Positions 39,272 through 49,296 of a DNA stretch of 64,000 nucleotides are shown here, piece after piece. Each line of letters opens with the position of its first letter. The stretch's first letter is position 1. The position numbers and the translations under genes are program-made. The stretch covers positions 308,626 to 372,625 of the forward strand of contig CAZVLB010000001.1 of the NCBI GenBank assembly GCA_964627935.1. The letters are read 5' to 3'. The DNA comes from an uncultured Ignavibacteria bacterium. Its GTDB lineage: Bacteria; Zixibacteria; MSB-5A5; JAABVY01. Below the pieces are notes generated by a model. That model was given only the letters and a program-made list of their open reading frames with translations. It made no database searches and was not told the DNA's origin.

Positions 39272-40774
39272 ATGTTTAAAAAAATACTGGTCGCCAACCG
39301 CGGAGAAATCGCCTGCCGGATCATCCAGGCGGCCTCTGAAATGAATATTCCCACGCTGGCGGTTTATTCTGAAGCGGATGAGAAAGCTCTGCATGTGCTC
39401 AGGGCCGACGAAGCCGCGCTCCTGGGACCGCCGTCGCCGCTTGAAAGCTACCTGAATATTGATCGCTTGATTGAAGTCGCGAAGGAATTTGGCTCCGATG
39501 CGATTCATCCCGGCTACGGTTTCCTGGCCGAAAATCATAATTTTGCCAGGCAGTGCGAAGATGAAGGGATTACCTTTATCGGCTCGCATTCGGAATCGAT
39601 TCGCGCAATGGGCAACAAGGTCGAGGCGCGTCAGATGATGATCAACTCCGGTGTGCCCGTGATACCGGGCATGGAGGGTTCAGCCGAGGATGTCGAGCTG
39701 TTCAAGAAAGAGGCCGAACGGGTTGGCTATCCGGTGCTTCTGAAAGCCGCCGCAGGTGGCGGTGGTAAAGGCATGCGGGTTGTCCATGATCCGGATAATA
39801 TCGAGGATGCCCTGCATGGCGCCATGCGCGAGGCCAAATCGGCTTTTGGCGATGATTCGGTCTATCTCGAAAAATATATTCAGGAACCGCGTCATATCGA
39901 GTTCCAGGTATTCGGCGATAAGCACGGAAACTATATTCATCTGTTCGAACGCGAGTGTTCGATCCAGCGCCGTCACCAGAAAATAATCGAGGAAACACCC
40001 TCGGTGGCGGTTGATGATCTGTTGCGTACCAAGATGGGTGAGGCGGCTGTGCAGGTTGCCCGCGCATGTGAGTATACCAATGCCGGTACGGTCGAATTTT
40101 TGCTGGATAAGGACAAGAATTTTTATTTCCTGGAAATGAACACGCGCATACAGGTTGAACACCCGATCACTGAAATGGTAGTCGGTGTGGACCTGGTCAA
40201 GGAACAGATTCGTGTCGCGTCGGGCGAACCATTGTCTATCGGGCAGGGTGATGTCGAGCAGCGCGGGCATGCAATCGAATGCAGGGTATATGCCGAGGAT
40301 GCCGAGAATAAATTCCTGCCGTCATCGGGCAAACTGCTCTTCCATCGTGAACCGCGCGGGCCATTTATCCGCGTCGATACGGGCGTCTATTCCGGGGTTG
40401 ATGTAACCGTTTACTATGATCCGATTCTATCCAAGCTGGTTGTCTGGGGTGAAAACAGGGCCGATGCGATCGAGCGAATGAAGAAGGCCCTGGATAATTA
40501 TATCGTGTTGGGAGTCAAGACATCCATCCATTATCTTAAAGCGATACTTGAACACAGGGAATTCATCGAGGGCCGCACCTACACTGATTTCATCGATACC
40601 AATATGAAAGATTGGGTCCCGCCGGAATTATCTGATGATAACAAAAAGATAGTTCTCCTGGCGGCCGCAGTGAACGAGATGAACAGGAAGCCGGAATACG
40701 CCGAGGGCGGTCCGCAGGAGATGCCATCGCCATGGCAAACCATTGGCAAATGGGAAATTGGGATGGGAGGTTAA
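39272..40774 (+). CDS. Biotin carboxylase subunit of acyl-CoA carboxylase (no fused BCCP)
   Basis: MFKKILVANRGEIACRIIQAA N-terminus, ATP-grasp motifs (GYPVLLKAAAGGGGKGMRVV; EMNTRIQVEHPITE). Confidence 0.9.
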   Translation: MFKKILVANRGEIACRIIQAASEMNIPTLAVYSEADEKALHVLRADEAALLGPPSPLESYLNIDRLIEVAKEFGSDAIHPGYGFLAENHNFARQCEDEGITFIGSHSESIRAMGNKVEARQMMINSGVPVIPGMEGSAEDVELFKKEAERVGYPVLLKAAAGGGGKGMRVVHDPDNIEDALHGAMREAKSAFGDDSVYLEKYIQEPRHIEFQVFGDKHGNYIHLFERECSIQRRHQKIIEETPSVAVDDLLRTKMGEAAVQVARACEYTNAGTVEFLLDKDKNFYFLEMNTRIQVEHPITEMVVGVDLVKEQIRVASGEPLSIGQGDVEQRGHAIECRVYAEDAENKFLPSSGKLLFHREPRGPFIRVDTGVYSGVDVTVYYDPILSKLVVWGENRADAIERMKKALDNYIVLGVKTSIHYLKAILEHREFIEGRTYTDFIDTNMKDWVPPELSDDNKKIVLLAAAVNEMNRKPEYAEGGPQEMPSPWQTIGKWEIGMGG

Positions 40775-40775
40775 A

Positions 40776-41285
40776 GTGGATTATGAACTTGTTTTAGATG
40801 GTCAGGAATACTTCGTTTCGATTTCCAAAGGCAAGAACGGCTATACAGCCAAAATCGGCGATGAGGAATTTTCGTTCGAGCAAATAGATTTTGAAACCGC
40901 CTGCTTAAAGTTAAATGTTAACGGTGTGCCCAAAACCGTATATGTGGCAGGTGAAAATGAAAAGTGCTACGTTCATGTCGACGGGCTCGTGCATACGCTC
41001 GAAATCCCCTCGGAGGAATCATCGGCAGGCGCCGGATCATCGGATTTAATTGTCGATGGCAAACAACTGGTGGTCGCGCCTATGCCGGGCAAGATTGTCG
41101 ATATTCCGGTCAAGGTCGGGCAGGCGGTCAAGGAAAAAGATATTCTCTGCGTGGTCGAGGCGATGAAGATGGAAAACGAAATCCGCTGCATGGTCAAGGG
41201 TGTGGTCAAGGAAATCGGCTACAAGGCCGGTGACCTGGTCGGCACCGAGGAAACGATCCTGATAGTCGAGGCGGCCGAGGAATAG
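40776..41285 (+). CDS. Biotin carboxyl carrier protein (biotinyl domain)
   Basis: Biotin attachment motif CVVEAMKMENEI; start set at GTG 40776 with SD GGGAGG 6 nt upstream (the ORF track begins at 40743). Confidence 0.8.
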   Translation: MDYELVLDGQEYFVSISKGKNGYTAKIGDEEFSFEQIDFETACLKLNVNGVPKTVYVAGENEKCYVHVDGLVHTLEIPSEESSAGAGSSDLIVDGKQLVVAPMPGKIVDIPVKVGQAVKEKDILCVVEAMKMENEIRCMVKGVVKEIGYKAGDLVGTEETILIVEAAEE

Positions 41286-41319
41286 ACTTTTTCTGCATAT
41301 GTGGCCCTTCAAAATTTTC

Positions 41320-41353
41320 AACCCACCGTTCCATGATGGTGGGTTTTGTTTTG
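41320..41353 (+). terminator. Rho-independent terminator after the BCCP gene (end of the acyl-CoA carboxylase operon)
   Basis: CCCACC-gttccatgat-GGTGGG followed by TTTTGTTTTG. Confidence 0.7.
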
Positions 41354-41731
41354 TACGTTATTATGGACCGCGTCAGTTCACCGTTCCGATAAATCGGGAC
41401 TAAGGAACTGATGCAACACCGGTAGCATTTGCATCGATGAATAGGGATCGGGATAAAGATAACCAAAATGTTGTAATTGCAGGCGCTGGGTGGCCGGCTC
41501 AAACTTTGTTTGGGCCGGATAGAAACGCAAAATATGCCTATATCATCCAAACCTCGACTTGAATACCATACCTCTTTAGTATACATAATCTTATTGCCCG
41601 AAATGATTTGCCCGCAGGCGTGATATTTATTATATTTGAGAATTGTTTCACAAGATAGAGGCCTTCCATCCGGGAGGGAATACCTGTAAATAGTAGTATT
41701 TATCAATAAATCTGGACTCACGGAGGAATAG

Positions 41732-42922
41732 ATGGATTATCCTGAAGCTTATATTGTTGCCGGATGCCGTTCCGCTATCGGTATTCTGCACAGTCATCTT
41801 TCCGCATTTTCAGCGCCACAGCTGGGCGCATTTGCTATCAAAGAAGTGGTAAAAAGAGCCGGTATCGATCCCGCCACAGTTGACGAGGTCATTATGGGCC
41901 AGGTGGTGCAGGGCGGATCGGGCCAGGCCCCGGGCCGTCAGGCCGCAATCCATGGCGGAGTACCGCCCGAGGTCCCGGCTGTGACAATCAACAAGGTCTG
42001 CGGATCAGGGCTAAAGGCCGTTATGATGGCCGCCTCGCAAATCAAAGCCGGCGATGGCCATTGTTTCATCTGCGGCGGTATGGAAAGCATGTCCAATGCC
42101 CCCAATATCCTGCCCGCCAAGGCCAAGCGCGGATTTAAGTTCGGCAATCAGCAGTTGATTGATATTATGATCACAGATGGCCTGTGGGACTCATTCAATA
42201 ACTTCCACATGGGCAATGCCGCCGAATATACTGCCGAAAAAGCCGGTATCACGCGTGAGATGCAGGATGAGTTTGCGCATAATTCTCATCAGAAAGCGCT
42301 CAAGGCCTGGGATGAGGGCAAATTCGACGCTGAAGTTTTCCCGATCGAGATTCCCCAGCGCAAGGGTGATCCGGTTGTGTTCAACAAAGATGAAAATCCG
42401 CGTGTGACCACACCGGAAAAGCTGGGCTTTCTCAAGCCGGCCTTTGTCAAAGAAGGAACGGTAACGGCAGGTAACGCCCCGGGTCTGAATGATGGCTCAG
42501 CGGCAGTGATAGTATGTTCGAAGGAATATATCGACAAGCATAACCTGACACCAATTTGCAAAATCACGGCCTATGATTCGGCCAGCCTCGACCCCAAAGA
42601 ACTTTTCTTTACACCGATTTATGCCGTGCGCAAGGTCATGAAGAAACTGGGTACCGATGATGTCAATTTCTTCGATCTGATCGAAGCCAATGAGGCCTTC
42701 AGCGCACAGGCCTTAGCCGATGGCAAAGAACTCGGCTGGGACTGGGATCGTGTCAATGTCCATGGCGGCGCGGTGGCGCTGGGTCATCCGATCGGAGCAT
42801 CGGGCGCACGTGTGCTGGTGACTCTGATGAATGCGCTCAAGGATCGCGGCAAGAAGACCGGTATCGCCACGCTCTGCCTTGGCGGCGGATCTGCGGTGGC
42901 CCTTTCAATCGAGATGGTATAA
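41732..42922 (+). CDS. Acetyl-CoA C-acetyltransferase (thiolase II, bacterial type)
   Basis: Thiolase motifs (INKVCGSGLKAVMMAA active Cys; NVHGGAVALGHPIGASGAR; CLGGGSAVAL). Confidence 0.9.
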   Translation: MDYPEAYIVAGCRSAIGILHSHLSAFSAPQLGAFAIKEVVKRAGIDPATVDEVIMGQVVQGGSGQAPGRQAAIHGGVPPEVPAVTINKVCGSGLKAVMMAASQIKAGDGHCFICGGMESMSNAPNILPAKAKRGFKFGNQQLIDIMITDGLWDSFNNFHMGNAAEYTAEKAGITREMQDEFAHNSHQKALKAWDEGKFDAEVFPIEIPQRKGDPVVFNKDENPRVTTPEKLGFLKPAFVKEGTVTAGNAPGLNDGSAAVIVCSKEYIDKHNLTPICKITAYDSASLDPKELFFTPIYAVRKVMKKLGTDDVNFFDLIEANEAFSAQALADGKELGWDWDRVNVHGGAVALGHPIGASGARVLVTLMNALKDRGKKTGIATLCLGGGSAVALSIEMV

Positions 42923-42946
42923 GACAACTTACGGGAGGTTTTCGAG

Positions 42947-43801
42947 TTGGATATAACAAAAGTAGTAGTATTTGGCGCGGGCACGATGGGTAATGGCATC
43001 GTGCATGTTTTCTCACAGAACGGATATGACGTTACCATGATAGATACGAAACAGGATTTTCTGGATCGCGGCCTTTCCATGATCAAGAAAAACATGGAGC
43101 GCCAGATTAAAAAAGAGATCATAACCGAAGATCAGATGAATGAATCCCTGGGACGAATCAAAACCTCGGTTTCACCCGAGGATGCTAGGGATGCCGACCT
43201 GGTGGTCGAAGCGATATTTGAAGATCTCGAAACGAAACTTGATCTGTTCAAAAAGCTGGATGCGATCACTCGTGATGAAATCATCCTGGCCTCGAACACG
43301 TCATCGCTGCCGATAACAAAACTGGCCAGCGCCACCAATCGTCCGGACAAAGTGATCGGAATGCACTTCATGAATCCGGTTCCGATGATGAAGCTGATCG
43401 AATTGATCCGCGGTATGGCTACCTCGGATGAAACATTCAATTTCATTTTCGAGCTTTCCAGGAAGCTGGGCAAAACGCCGGTCGAAGTCAACGACTACCC
43501 CGGATTTATTGCCAACAGGATCCTGATGCCGATGATCAATGAAGCCGCCTTTGCGCTTTTTGAGGGTGTGGGAACGGCAGAGGCGATTGACACTGTTATG
43601 AAACTGGGCATGGCCCATCCAATGGGACCGTTGACACTGGCCGATTTTATCGGGCTGGATGTCTGCCTGGCGATTCTGGAGGTGCTTCATGAGGGATTGG
43701 GCGATCCCAAGTATCGTCCCTGTCCGCTTCTGAAGAAGATGGTTGAAGCCGGATACCTTGGCCGCAAGAGTGGCCGGGGATTCTATGATTACTCCAAATA
43801 G
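42947..43801 (+). CDS. 3-hydroxyacyl-CoA (3-hydroxybutyryl-CoA) dehydrogenase
   Basis: NAD-binding [13 protein letters not shown] Rossmann motif; [13 protein letters not shown] and C-terminal dimerisation domain; probable TTG start with SD GGGAGG. Confidence 0.88.
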   Translation: MDITKVVVFGAGTMGNGIVHVFSQNGYDVTMIDTKQDFLDRGLSMIKKNMERQIKKEIITEDQMNESLGRIKTSVSPEDARDADLVVEAIFEDLETKLDLFKKLDAITRDEIILASNTSSLPITKLASATNRPDKVIGMHFMNPVPMMKLIELIRGMATSDETFNFIFELSRKLGKTPVEVNDYPGFIANRILMPMINEAAFALFEGVGTAEAIDTVMKLGMAHPMGPLTLADFIGLDVCLAILEVLHEGLGDPKYRPCPLLKKMVEAGYLGRKSGRGFYDYSK

Positions 43802-43814
43802 ATGAGGAGTTTAT

Positions 43815-44957
43815 ATGAATTTCGAACTTTCTGAAGATCATATAATGATGCGCGATTTCGGTCGCGAATTCGCGGTCAAACGCCTTGCTCCGATTGCCGA
43901 GGAAATGGACGCCAAGGGTGAGATGCCCGATGAGATCATGAAAGAGGCCGCGGAACTGGGTTTCTTCGGACTACTGTGTCCTGAACAATATGGCGGCCAG
44001 GATGTCGACACCCTGAGCTATGCCCTGATTATCGAGGAACTTTCCAGGGCCTGCGCCGGATTTGCGATTACGGTTTCGGTTCATAACTCGCTGGTAATTC
44101 CGGCTATTTTAAATTTTGGAAATGATGAGCTCAAACAGGAATGGCTTCCCAGGTTGGCCTCTGGTGAAATAATCGGCGCCTATTCATTATCGGAGCCCGG
44201 TTCCGGTACCGATGCCGGTAGCCTGAGTTGCCAGGCTCTGCCGCAGGGTGACGATTTCATCTTCAACGGTACCAAGAGCTGGGTAACCTCGGCCAAGTTC
44301 GCCGGTGTTTTTGTGGTATTTACCCTGACCAATCCCGAAGCCGGCCCCAAGGGTATATCAGCCATTATTGTGCCCGCCGGCCTTGATGGGATGTCACTGG
44401 GCGCACCGGAAAAGAAGATGGGCCTGAAATGTTCCGATACCCGTGAGCTGTCATTTATGGATGCCAGGGTTCCGCAGAAAAACCTCCTGGGCGAACAGGA
44501 TCATGGATTCAAGATCGCGCTTTCGCTTCTGGATAACGGCAGAATCGGAGTCGGTGCCCAGGCGCTGGGAATCGCCGAAGCGGCCTATAAAGAAGCCCTG
44601 GAATATTCCAAAGAACGCAAGCAGTTCGGCAGACCGATTTCAGCATTCCAGGCAATTCAGTTTAAGCTGGCCGACATGGCCACACAGATCGATGCCGCCA
44701 GGCTGATGGTGTATCGTGCCGCGGTTCTGAAAGATTCCGAGGGCCGTCACAGCCGCGAAATTTCCATGGCCAAGTTGTATGCATCAGAGATGGCCAATTA
44801 TGTCGTCGATGAGGCGGTGCAGATTCATGGCGGTTACGGCTATGTCAAGGAATATCCGGTGGAACGGTATTTCCGCGATGCCCGTGTGACAGAGATTTAT
44901 GAGGGCACATCGGAGGCCCAGAGAGTTGTAATTTCACGCGATATCCTGAAGGATTGA
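43815..44957 (+). CDS. Acyl-CoA dehydrogenase (short/branched-chain)
   Basis: ACAD motifs (LSEPGSGTDAGSL; QIHGGYGY; YEGTSEAQRVVISRDIL). Confidence 0.88.
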   Translation: MNFELSEDHIMMRDFGREFAVKRLAPIAEEMDAKGEMPDEIMKEAAELGFFGLLCPEQYGGQDVDTLSYALIIEELSRACAGFAITVSVHNSLVIPAILNFGNDELKQEWLPRLASGEIIGAYSLSEPGSGTDAGSLSCQALPQGDDFIFNGTKSWVTSAKFAGVFVVFTLTNPEAGPKGISAIIVPAGLDGMSLGAPEKKMGLKCSDTRELSFMDARVPQKNLLGEQDHGFKIALSLLDNGRIGVGAQALGIAEAAYKEALEYSKERKQFGRPISAFQAIQFKLADMATQIDAARLMVYRAAVLKDSEGRHSREISMAKLYASEMANYVVDEAVQIHGGYGYVKEYPVERYFRDARVTEIYEGTSEAQRVVISRDILKD

Positions 44958-46105
44958 TTATGGATCTGGATATTAAATACACAGACTTCAAAGCGCAGGT
45001 GCGCTCCTATGCCGAGGAGAAGATCGCACCCCATGCGGCCAAAATCGACAGTGAGCAGTTCTACTCCAAAGACGTTCATGAGGCGATAAACGACAAGGGC
45101 TGGTGGGGATGTCTTGTACCCAGAGATTATGGCGGACTAGACCTGAAGACAATAGAATACGCCATCATAGTGGAAGAGGTTGCCCGAGTCTGCGGTTCGA
45201 CCGCATTGACACTGGCGGCGCATAATTCCCTGGGTACCTGGCCGATCTGGAAATTCGGCAATGAGGAGCAGCGCAAAAAGTATCTTCCGCCCGCGGCCGA
45301 AAAAGGCAGTTTGATTGCATTCGGCCTGACCGAGCCGGAGGCCGGTTCCGATGCCGGTGGTACCAAGAGCAAGGCTGTTAAACAGGATGGCGGCTATCTG
45401 CTTAACGGCACAAAATGCTGGATAACCTCGGCCACAGTTTGCGATACCGCCATTGCCACGGCTCGTACCAGCGATGAGGGCGGCGTAAAGGGCATTTCAT
45501 CGTTTATTCTCGAAAAAGGCATGGAGGGTTTCACATCCGGCAAAAAGGAGAATAAGCTGGGATGCCGCGGTTCGGATACGGCCTATATGCATTTCGATGA
45601 TGTCAAGCTTCCAAAAGAACAGCTTATGGGCGAAGAGGGAAAGGGATTCAAGCAATTCATGATGACCCTTGACGGGGGACGCATATCAATTGGTGCAATG
45701 GCGCTTGGATTGGCACAGGCCGCATTGGATGTCGCCCTAAAGTATGCTTCCGAGCATGAATTCGACGGCAGGCCCATGGCAAAGGGACAGGGTGTGCAGT
45801 TTCAACTGGCTGATATGGGTATGCAGATCGAGGCGGCCAGGTTGATGATATATAAAACCGCCTGGATGAAGGATAATGACATTCCCTATACCAAGTATTC
45901 GGCCATGTGCAAGCTGTACGCTTCGGAGGTTGCCAATTTCTGCACCGGTACCGCCATGAAGCTGATGGGCGCCGACGGTATCAGTGAGAAATATCCGGCA
46001 GAACGCTATTATCGTGATATGAAATTATGTGAAATCGGCGAGGGTACCTCGGAGATTCAGCGCGTGGTCATAGCCCGTGAGCTGCTTTCCGGTCTCACAA
46101 AGTAA
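44954..46105 (+). CDS. Acyl-CoA dehydrogenase, second paralog
   Basis: ACAD motifs (LTEPEAGSDAGG; YEGTSEIQRVVIAREL style C-terminus); overlaps the previous ACAD by 4 nt. Confidence 0.88.
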   Translation: MIMDLDIKYTDFKAQVRSYAEEKIAPHAAKIDSEQFYSKDVHEAINDKGWWGCLVPRDYGGLDLKTIEYAIIVEEVARVCGSTALTLAAHNSLGTWPIWKFGNEEQRKKYLPPAAEKGSLIAFGLTEPEAGSDAGGTKSKAVKQDGGYLLNGTKCWITSATVCDTAIATARTSDEGGVKGISSFILEKGMEGFTSGKKENKLGCRGSDTAYMHFDDVKLPKEQLMGEEGKGFKQFMMTLDGGRISIGAMALGLAQAALDVALKYASEHEFDGRPMAKGQGVQFQLADMGMQIEAARLMIYKTAWMKDNDIPYTKYSAMCKLYASEVANFCTGTAMKLMGADGISEKYPAERYYRDMKLCEIGEGTSEIQRVVIARELLSGLTK

Positions 46106-46130
46106 ATCTTTACAGATTAGTTAAAAATAT

Positions 46131-46163
46131 AAAGGTCAGGCCGAAAAGCCTGACCTTTTTTCG
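46131..46163 (+). terminator. Rho-independent terminator after the second acyl-CoA dehydrogenase gene
   Basis: AGGTCAGGC-cgaaaa-GCCTGACCT followed by TTTTTT. Confidence 0.85.
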
Positions 46164-46376
46164 CGGCATCGGGATATATTTACAATAACAGGGGGCTGGG
46201 AAAAGCGGATATTAATCCGAATTCCTTACAGTATTTATCGGAGTTTTAGGAATGCTATGCAGTTGAAATTCTGAACAGTTAATTGGCTCAAAGATGCTGT
46301 TTAGAGTTGAAATAGGCGAGCATTATCAATATATTGTTGCAAAGATTTTTGATTAATTGCTGAAGGGAGATAGCGA

Positions 46377-47309
46377 ATGAATAAAGTGGATAAAATCTGG
46401 ATGAATGGCAAGCTGGTGGATTGGGATGATGCCAAAATTCATGTGCTGTCCCATGGTCTGCATTATGCTTCTTCGGTTTTCGAGGGTGCCCGCTGCTATG
46501 AGACCAAGAAGGGATCGGCAATATTCCGTCTGCAGGAACATACCGACCGGCTGTTCGAGTCGGCCAAGATTTGCCGCATGGAAATACCCTTCACCAGGGA
46601 AGAAATCAATAATGCCATTATCGAACTGATCCAAATTAACAAGCTCAAAAACTGCTATATCCGCCCAATAGTATATCGCGGCTATGAATCTCTCGGGGTT
46701 TATCCGGGTGACTGCCCGATAGATGTTTCCATCGCTGTATGGGAATGGGGTAAGTACCTGGGTGCCGATGCGCTCGAGAATGGTGTCGATGTCTGCGTTT
46801 CATCGTGGAACCGTCCCGCACCCAATACGCTTCCGGCCATGGCCAAGACCGCCGCCAACTACCTGGGTGGCCAGTTGATCAAGATGGAGGCGATTTCGCA
46901 TGGCTATGTGGAGGGAATCGGCCTGGATGTGGAAGGCTTCGTTTCAGAGGGATCGGGCGAGAATATATTCCTGGTCAGAAACGGGGTTTTGATAACACCG
47001 CCCTTCTGTGCATCGATCCTGGCAGGCATAACACGCCGCACTGTAATTCACCTGGCCGAGGAAATGGGAATTACGGTAAAAGAGGAGAATATACCGCGTG
47101 AGGCTCTGTATGTTTCCGATGAGGTTTTCTTTACAGGCTCGGCGGCGGAGATTACACCGATTGCAACAATTGACCGGATTCCGATCGGTCAGGGAAGAGG
47201 GCCGATCACCAAGAAGCTTCAGGATGCTTTCTTTAATGTCGTTGTCGGTGGCAACGATCCCTATGGCTGGCTGACATTTGTTTATAAAGAAGCCGGAGTG
47301 ACTGCCTGA
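46377..47309 (+). CDS. ilvE: Branched-chain amino acid aminotransferase
   Basis: Fold-type IV PLP enzyme motifs ([35 protein letters not shown]; [14 protein letters not shown]). Confidence 0.88.
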   Translation: MNKVDKIWMNGKLVDWDDAKIHVLSHGLHYASSVFEGARCYETKKGSAIFRLQEHTDRLFESAKICRMEIPFTREEINNAIIELIQINKLKNCYIRPIVYRGYESLGVYPGDCPIDVSIAVWEWGKYLGADALENGVDVCVSSWNRPAPNTLPAMAKTAANYLGGQLIKMEAISHGYVEGIGLDVEGFVSEGSGENIFLVRNGVLITPPFCASILAGITRRTVIHLAEEMGITVKEENIPREALYVSDEVFFTGSAAEITPIATIDRIPIGQGRGPITKKLQDAFFNVVVGGNDPYGWLTFVYKEAGVTA

Positions 47310-47743
47310 TGAAGATAGCGCTGGGCGCGGATCATAAGGGCTATCCGCTCAAGGAAAAGATCAAGGCGTATTTGATTGAACGCGGCGATGAGGTTGTCGA
47401 TTTCGGCACCGATTCGGAAGAATCCGTGGATTTTCCGGATTTTGGCCTGAAAGTCGCTCATGCAGTGGCTGATAGTCAGGTAGATTATGGTATCAATATC
47501 TGCTGGACAGGCAATGGCATGAATATGGCCGCCAACAAGGTTGACGGTATCCGATCGGGTCTGTGCCTTTCCGAAGAGATGGCGGAACTGACCCGTTCCC
47601 ATAATGACGCCAACGTTTTATCGCTGGCCTCGAAATATGTTCCAGAGGATGCAGGCTTGAAAATCGTGGAAAAGTTCCTGAGCACCTCTTTCGAGGGCGG
47701 CCGTCATGTACAGCGCCTGGAAAAGGTCATGGCGGAAGAGTAG
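47309..47743 (+). CDS. rpiB: Ribose-5-phosphate isomerase B
   Basis: [19 protein letters not shown]-terminus and CWTGNGMNMAANK motif typical of RpiB/LacAB family; start overlaps ilvE stop (TGATG). Confidence 0.85.
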   Translation: MKIALGADHKGYPLKEKIKAYLIERGDEVVDFGTDSEESVDFPDFGLKVAHAVADSQVDYGINICWTGNGMNMAANKVDGIRSGLCLSEEMAELTRSHNDANVLSLASKYVPEDAGLKIVEKFLSTSFEGGRHVQRLEKVMAEE

Positions 47744-47767
47744 AGAATATAGATTTGATCAAATCAT

Positions 47768-47796
47768 GCGGCGGATTTCGATCCGCCGTTTTTTTA
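47768..47796. terminator. Bidirectional terminator between rpiB and the convergent hypothetical gene
   Basis: CGGCGGAT-ttcg-ATCCGCCG followed by TTTTTTT. Confidence 0.8.
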
Positions 47797-48177
47797 TGCG
47801 CTCTGGCTGTATGATGCTGTTTGCGATGATCCGCGGAAAACATTTATCAGGCCGATGACATCATTGCGATCTTTGGAAACAATGAAGCCGGATGAAAGCA
47901 GCATAAAATTCTTGCGCCAGACGATTTTCAGGATCGGAATTCCCATCGACCACCGCCCGGCGTGCCAGGTGCTGATCTTGAACTCCTGCATCAGATTGAA
48001 AGGGATAAACATGGGCGTCTTTGTCAGGTAGCGGTGAAAATATATGCCTTTGTCATCAAACCAGAACTTGCCGTTACCGCGCGCGAACATCTTATCCTGC
48101 TTGTAGCGCTTCCACCAGATTTCATCAATCTCGGTACCGATATAGGCACCCTTATAGTGCTGTCCGGATTTCCACAT
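47794..48177 (-). CDS. Hypothetical protein (possible bacterial PH/GRAM-like domain)
   Basis: 127-aa ORF with protein-like composition, better than the overlapping plus-strand ORF 47962-48279; ends at the bidirectional terminator shared with rpiB. No motif recognised. Confidence 0.4.
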   Translation of the reverse strand: MWKSGQHYKGAYIGTEIDEIWWKRYKQDKMFARGNGKFWFDDKGIYFHRYLTKTPMFIPFNLMQEFKISTWHAGRWSMGIPILKIVWRKNFMLLSSGFIVSKDRNDVIGLINVFRGSSQTASYSQSA

Positions 48178-48262
48178 AAAGTTCTCCCGCCAGGATTTAT
48201 TTATTGTATCGGACAGATTCAGGATAAATTCGCAATGTTTGATGGAAAATTGAGGGACGTTA

Positions 48263-48664
48263 TTATTCGGTTACATTAATGATAAAACTGTAATAGGACT
48301 CATCGGCCTGATAAAAGTGCAGGAGATACTGACCCGCTTTTGCCGGACGCCAACCCAGCGCCTCGGAAATCGGTATTTCGGTTTCACTGCATCCCGGAGA
48401 AGTCTGGCGCACAAAAGGCGTGATAAAAATCTCCTTGCCATCCTGTCTGAGCTCAAAACGTGCGAATTGATAGCAGGGATAGCCGATCTGAAGCCGTGCC
48501 TTGAGCTGTGCCTGACGGCCGAGTTTGAGGTGCTGCGGATAATTGACAAAATTGGTGGCGGCCTTGATCAGTTCTCCGGCATCTTCGGGACCAGAGAGAT
48601 TATCATCCGATCCACAGGCAAGCAGAAACAAGGGCAGTAAAATCAGCAAAAGTATTCTTTTCAT
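48263..48664 (-). CDS. Small lipoprotein, paralog of 48706-49128
   Basis: Lipobox (LLACGS); conserved block GYPCYQFARF...EIFITP...PGC...YLLHFYQADESYYSFIINV shared with the neighbouring gene. Confidence 0.6.
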   Translation of the reverse strand: MKRILLLILLPLFLLACGSDDNLSGPEDAGELIKAATNFVNYPQHLKLGRQAQLKARLQIGYPCYQFARFELRQDGKEIFITPFVRQTSPGCSETEIPISEALGWRPAKAGQYLLHFYQADESYYSFIINVTE

Positions 48665-48705
48665 GATTTTGCTCCGGGGCTGTAGATTATATATGCTTGT
48701 AATTG

Positions 48706-49128
48706 CTAATTAATTTGAGAGCTGTCGACAACATTTATCTCAAAATTATAGAAAGTGCTGTCGGTCTGATAGAAATGTATCAGGTATTTGCCGGGATTTT
48801 CGGGCTCAAAAATAAATATCCGTTCCATACGGCTCTCGAAATAGTTACATCCACGAAATGATTGATAGGCCATGGGTGTGATGAATACCTCGCCGCCGTC
48901 AGATGTGCTTTTAAAATGTGAGAATTCATAACAGGGGAAACCGGCCTCGAGTATGGTTCGGAACCTGATTGACTGATTTATATCTGATGTGTCGGAATAG
49001 ATGACATTCCAGGTAGAGACCTCGGTCAGGATACGGTCATCGCCCTGGGAACCCGGTAAAATTTTTGTTTCCGATTCACAGCCTGTTAGGAGGACCGTGG
49101 CAATTAGTATTACAATAATCTTTTTCAT
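48706..49128 (-). CDS. Small lipoprotein, paralog of 48263-48664
   Basis: Start at the internal ATG giving MKKIIVILIATVLLTGCES lipobox; conserved block GFPCYEFSHF...EVFITP...RGC...YLIHFYQTDSTFYNFEINV. Confidence 0.6.
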   Translation of the reverse strand: MKKIIVILIATVLLTGCESETKILPGSQGDDRILTEVSTWNVIYSDTSDINQSIRFRTILEAGFPCYEFSHFKSTSDGGEVFITPMAYQSFRGCNYFESRMERIFIFEPENPGKYLIHFYQTDSTFYNFEINVVDSSQIN

Positions 49129-49296
49129 GATTTTGATCTCCGTTGATACACGAAATGGGAGCGGCCTACGCCTATCTCCATTATATAAACCACGCTGATA
49201 GAGAAACGTTTGTAAATTTATTATGAAAAATGGACGGTTGATTTGCAATTAAAATCTTCCGATAGTGTAAGGCTTTGTTGCGGATGAGGTTATATG

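Noticed and set aside
47962-48279. Plus-strand 105-aa ORF overlapping the hypothetical minus-strand gene 47794-48177
   Set aside because: The minus-strand ORF has more protein-like composition and is correctly placed relative to the bidirectional terminator at 47768-47796; the plus-strand ORF would read through that terminator region.
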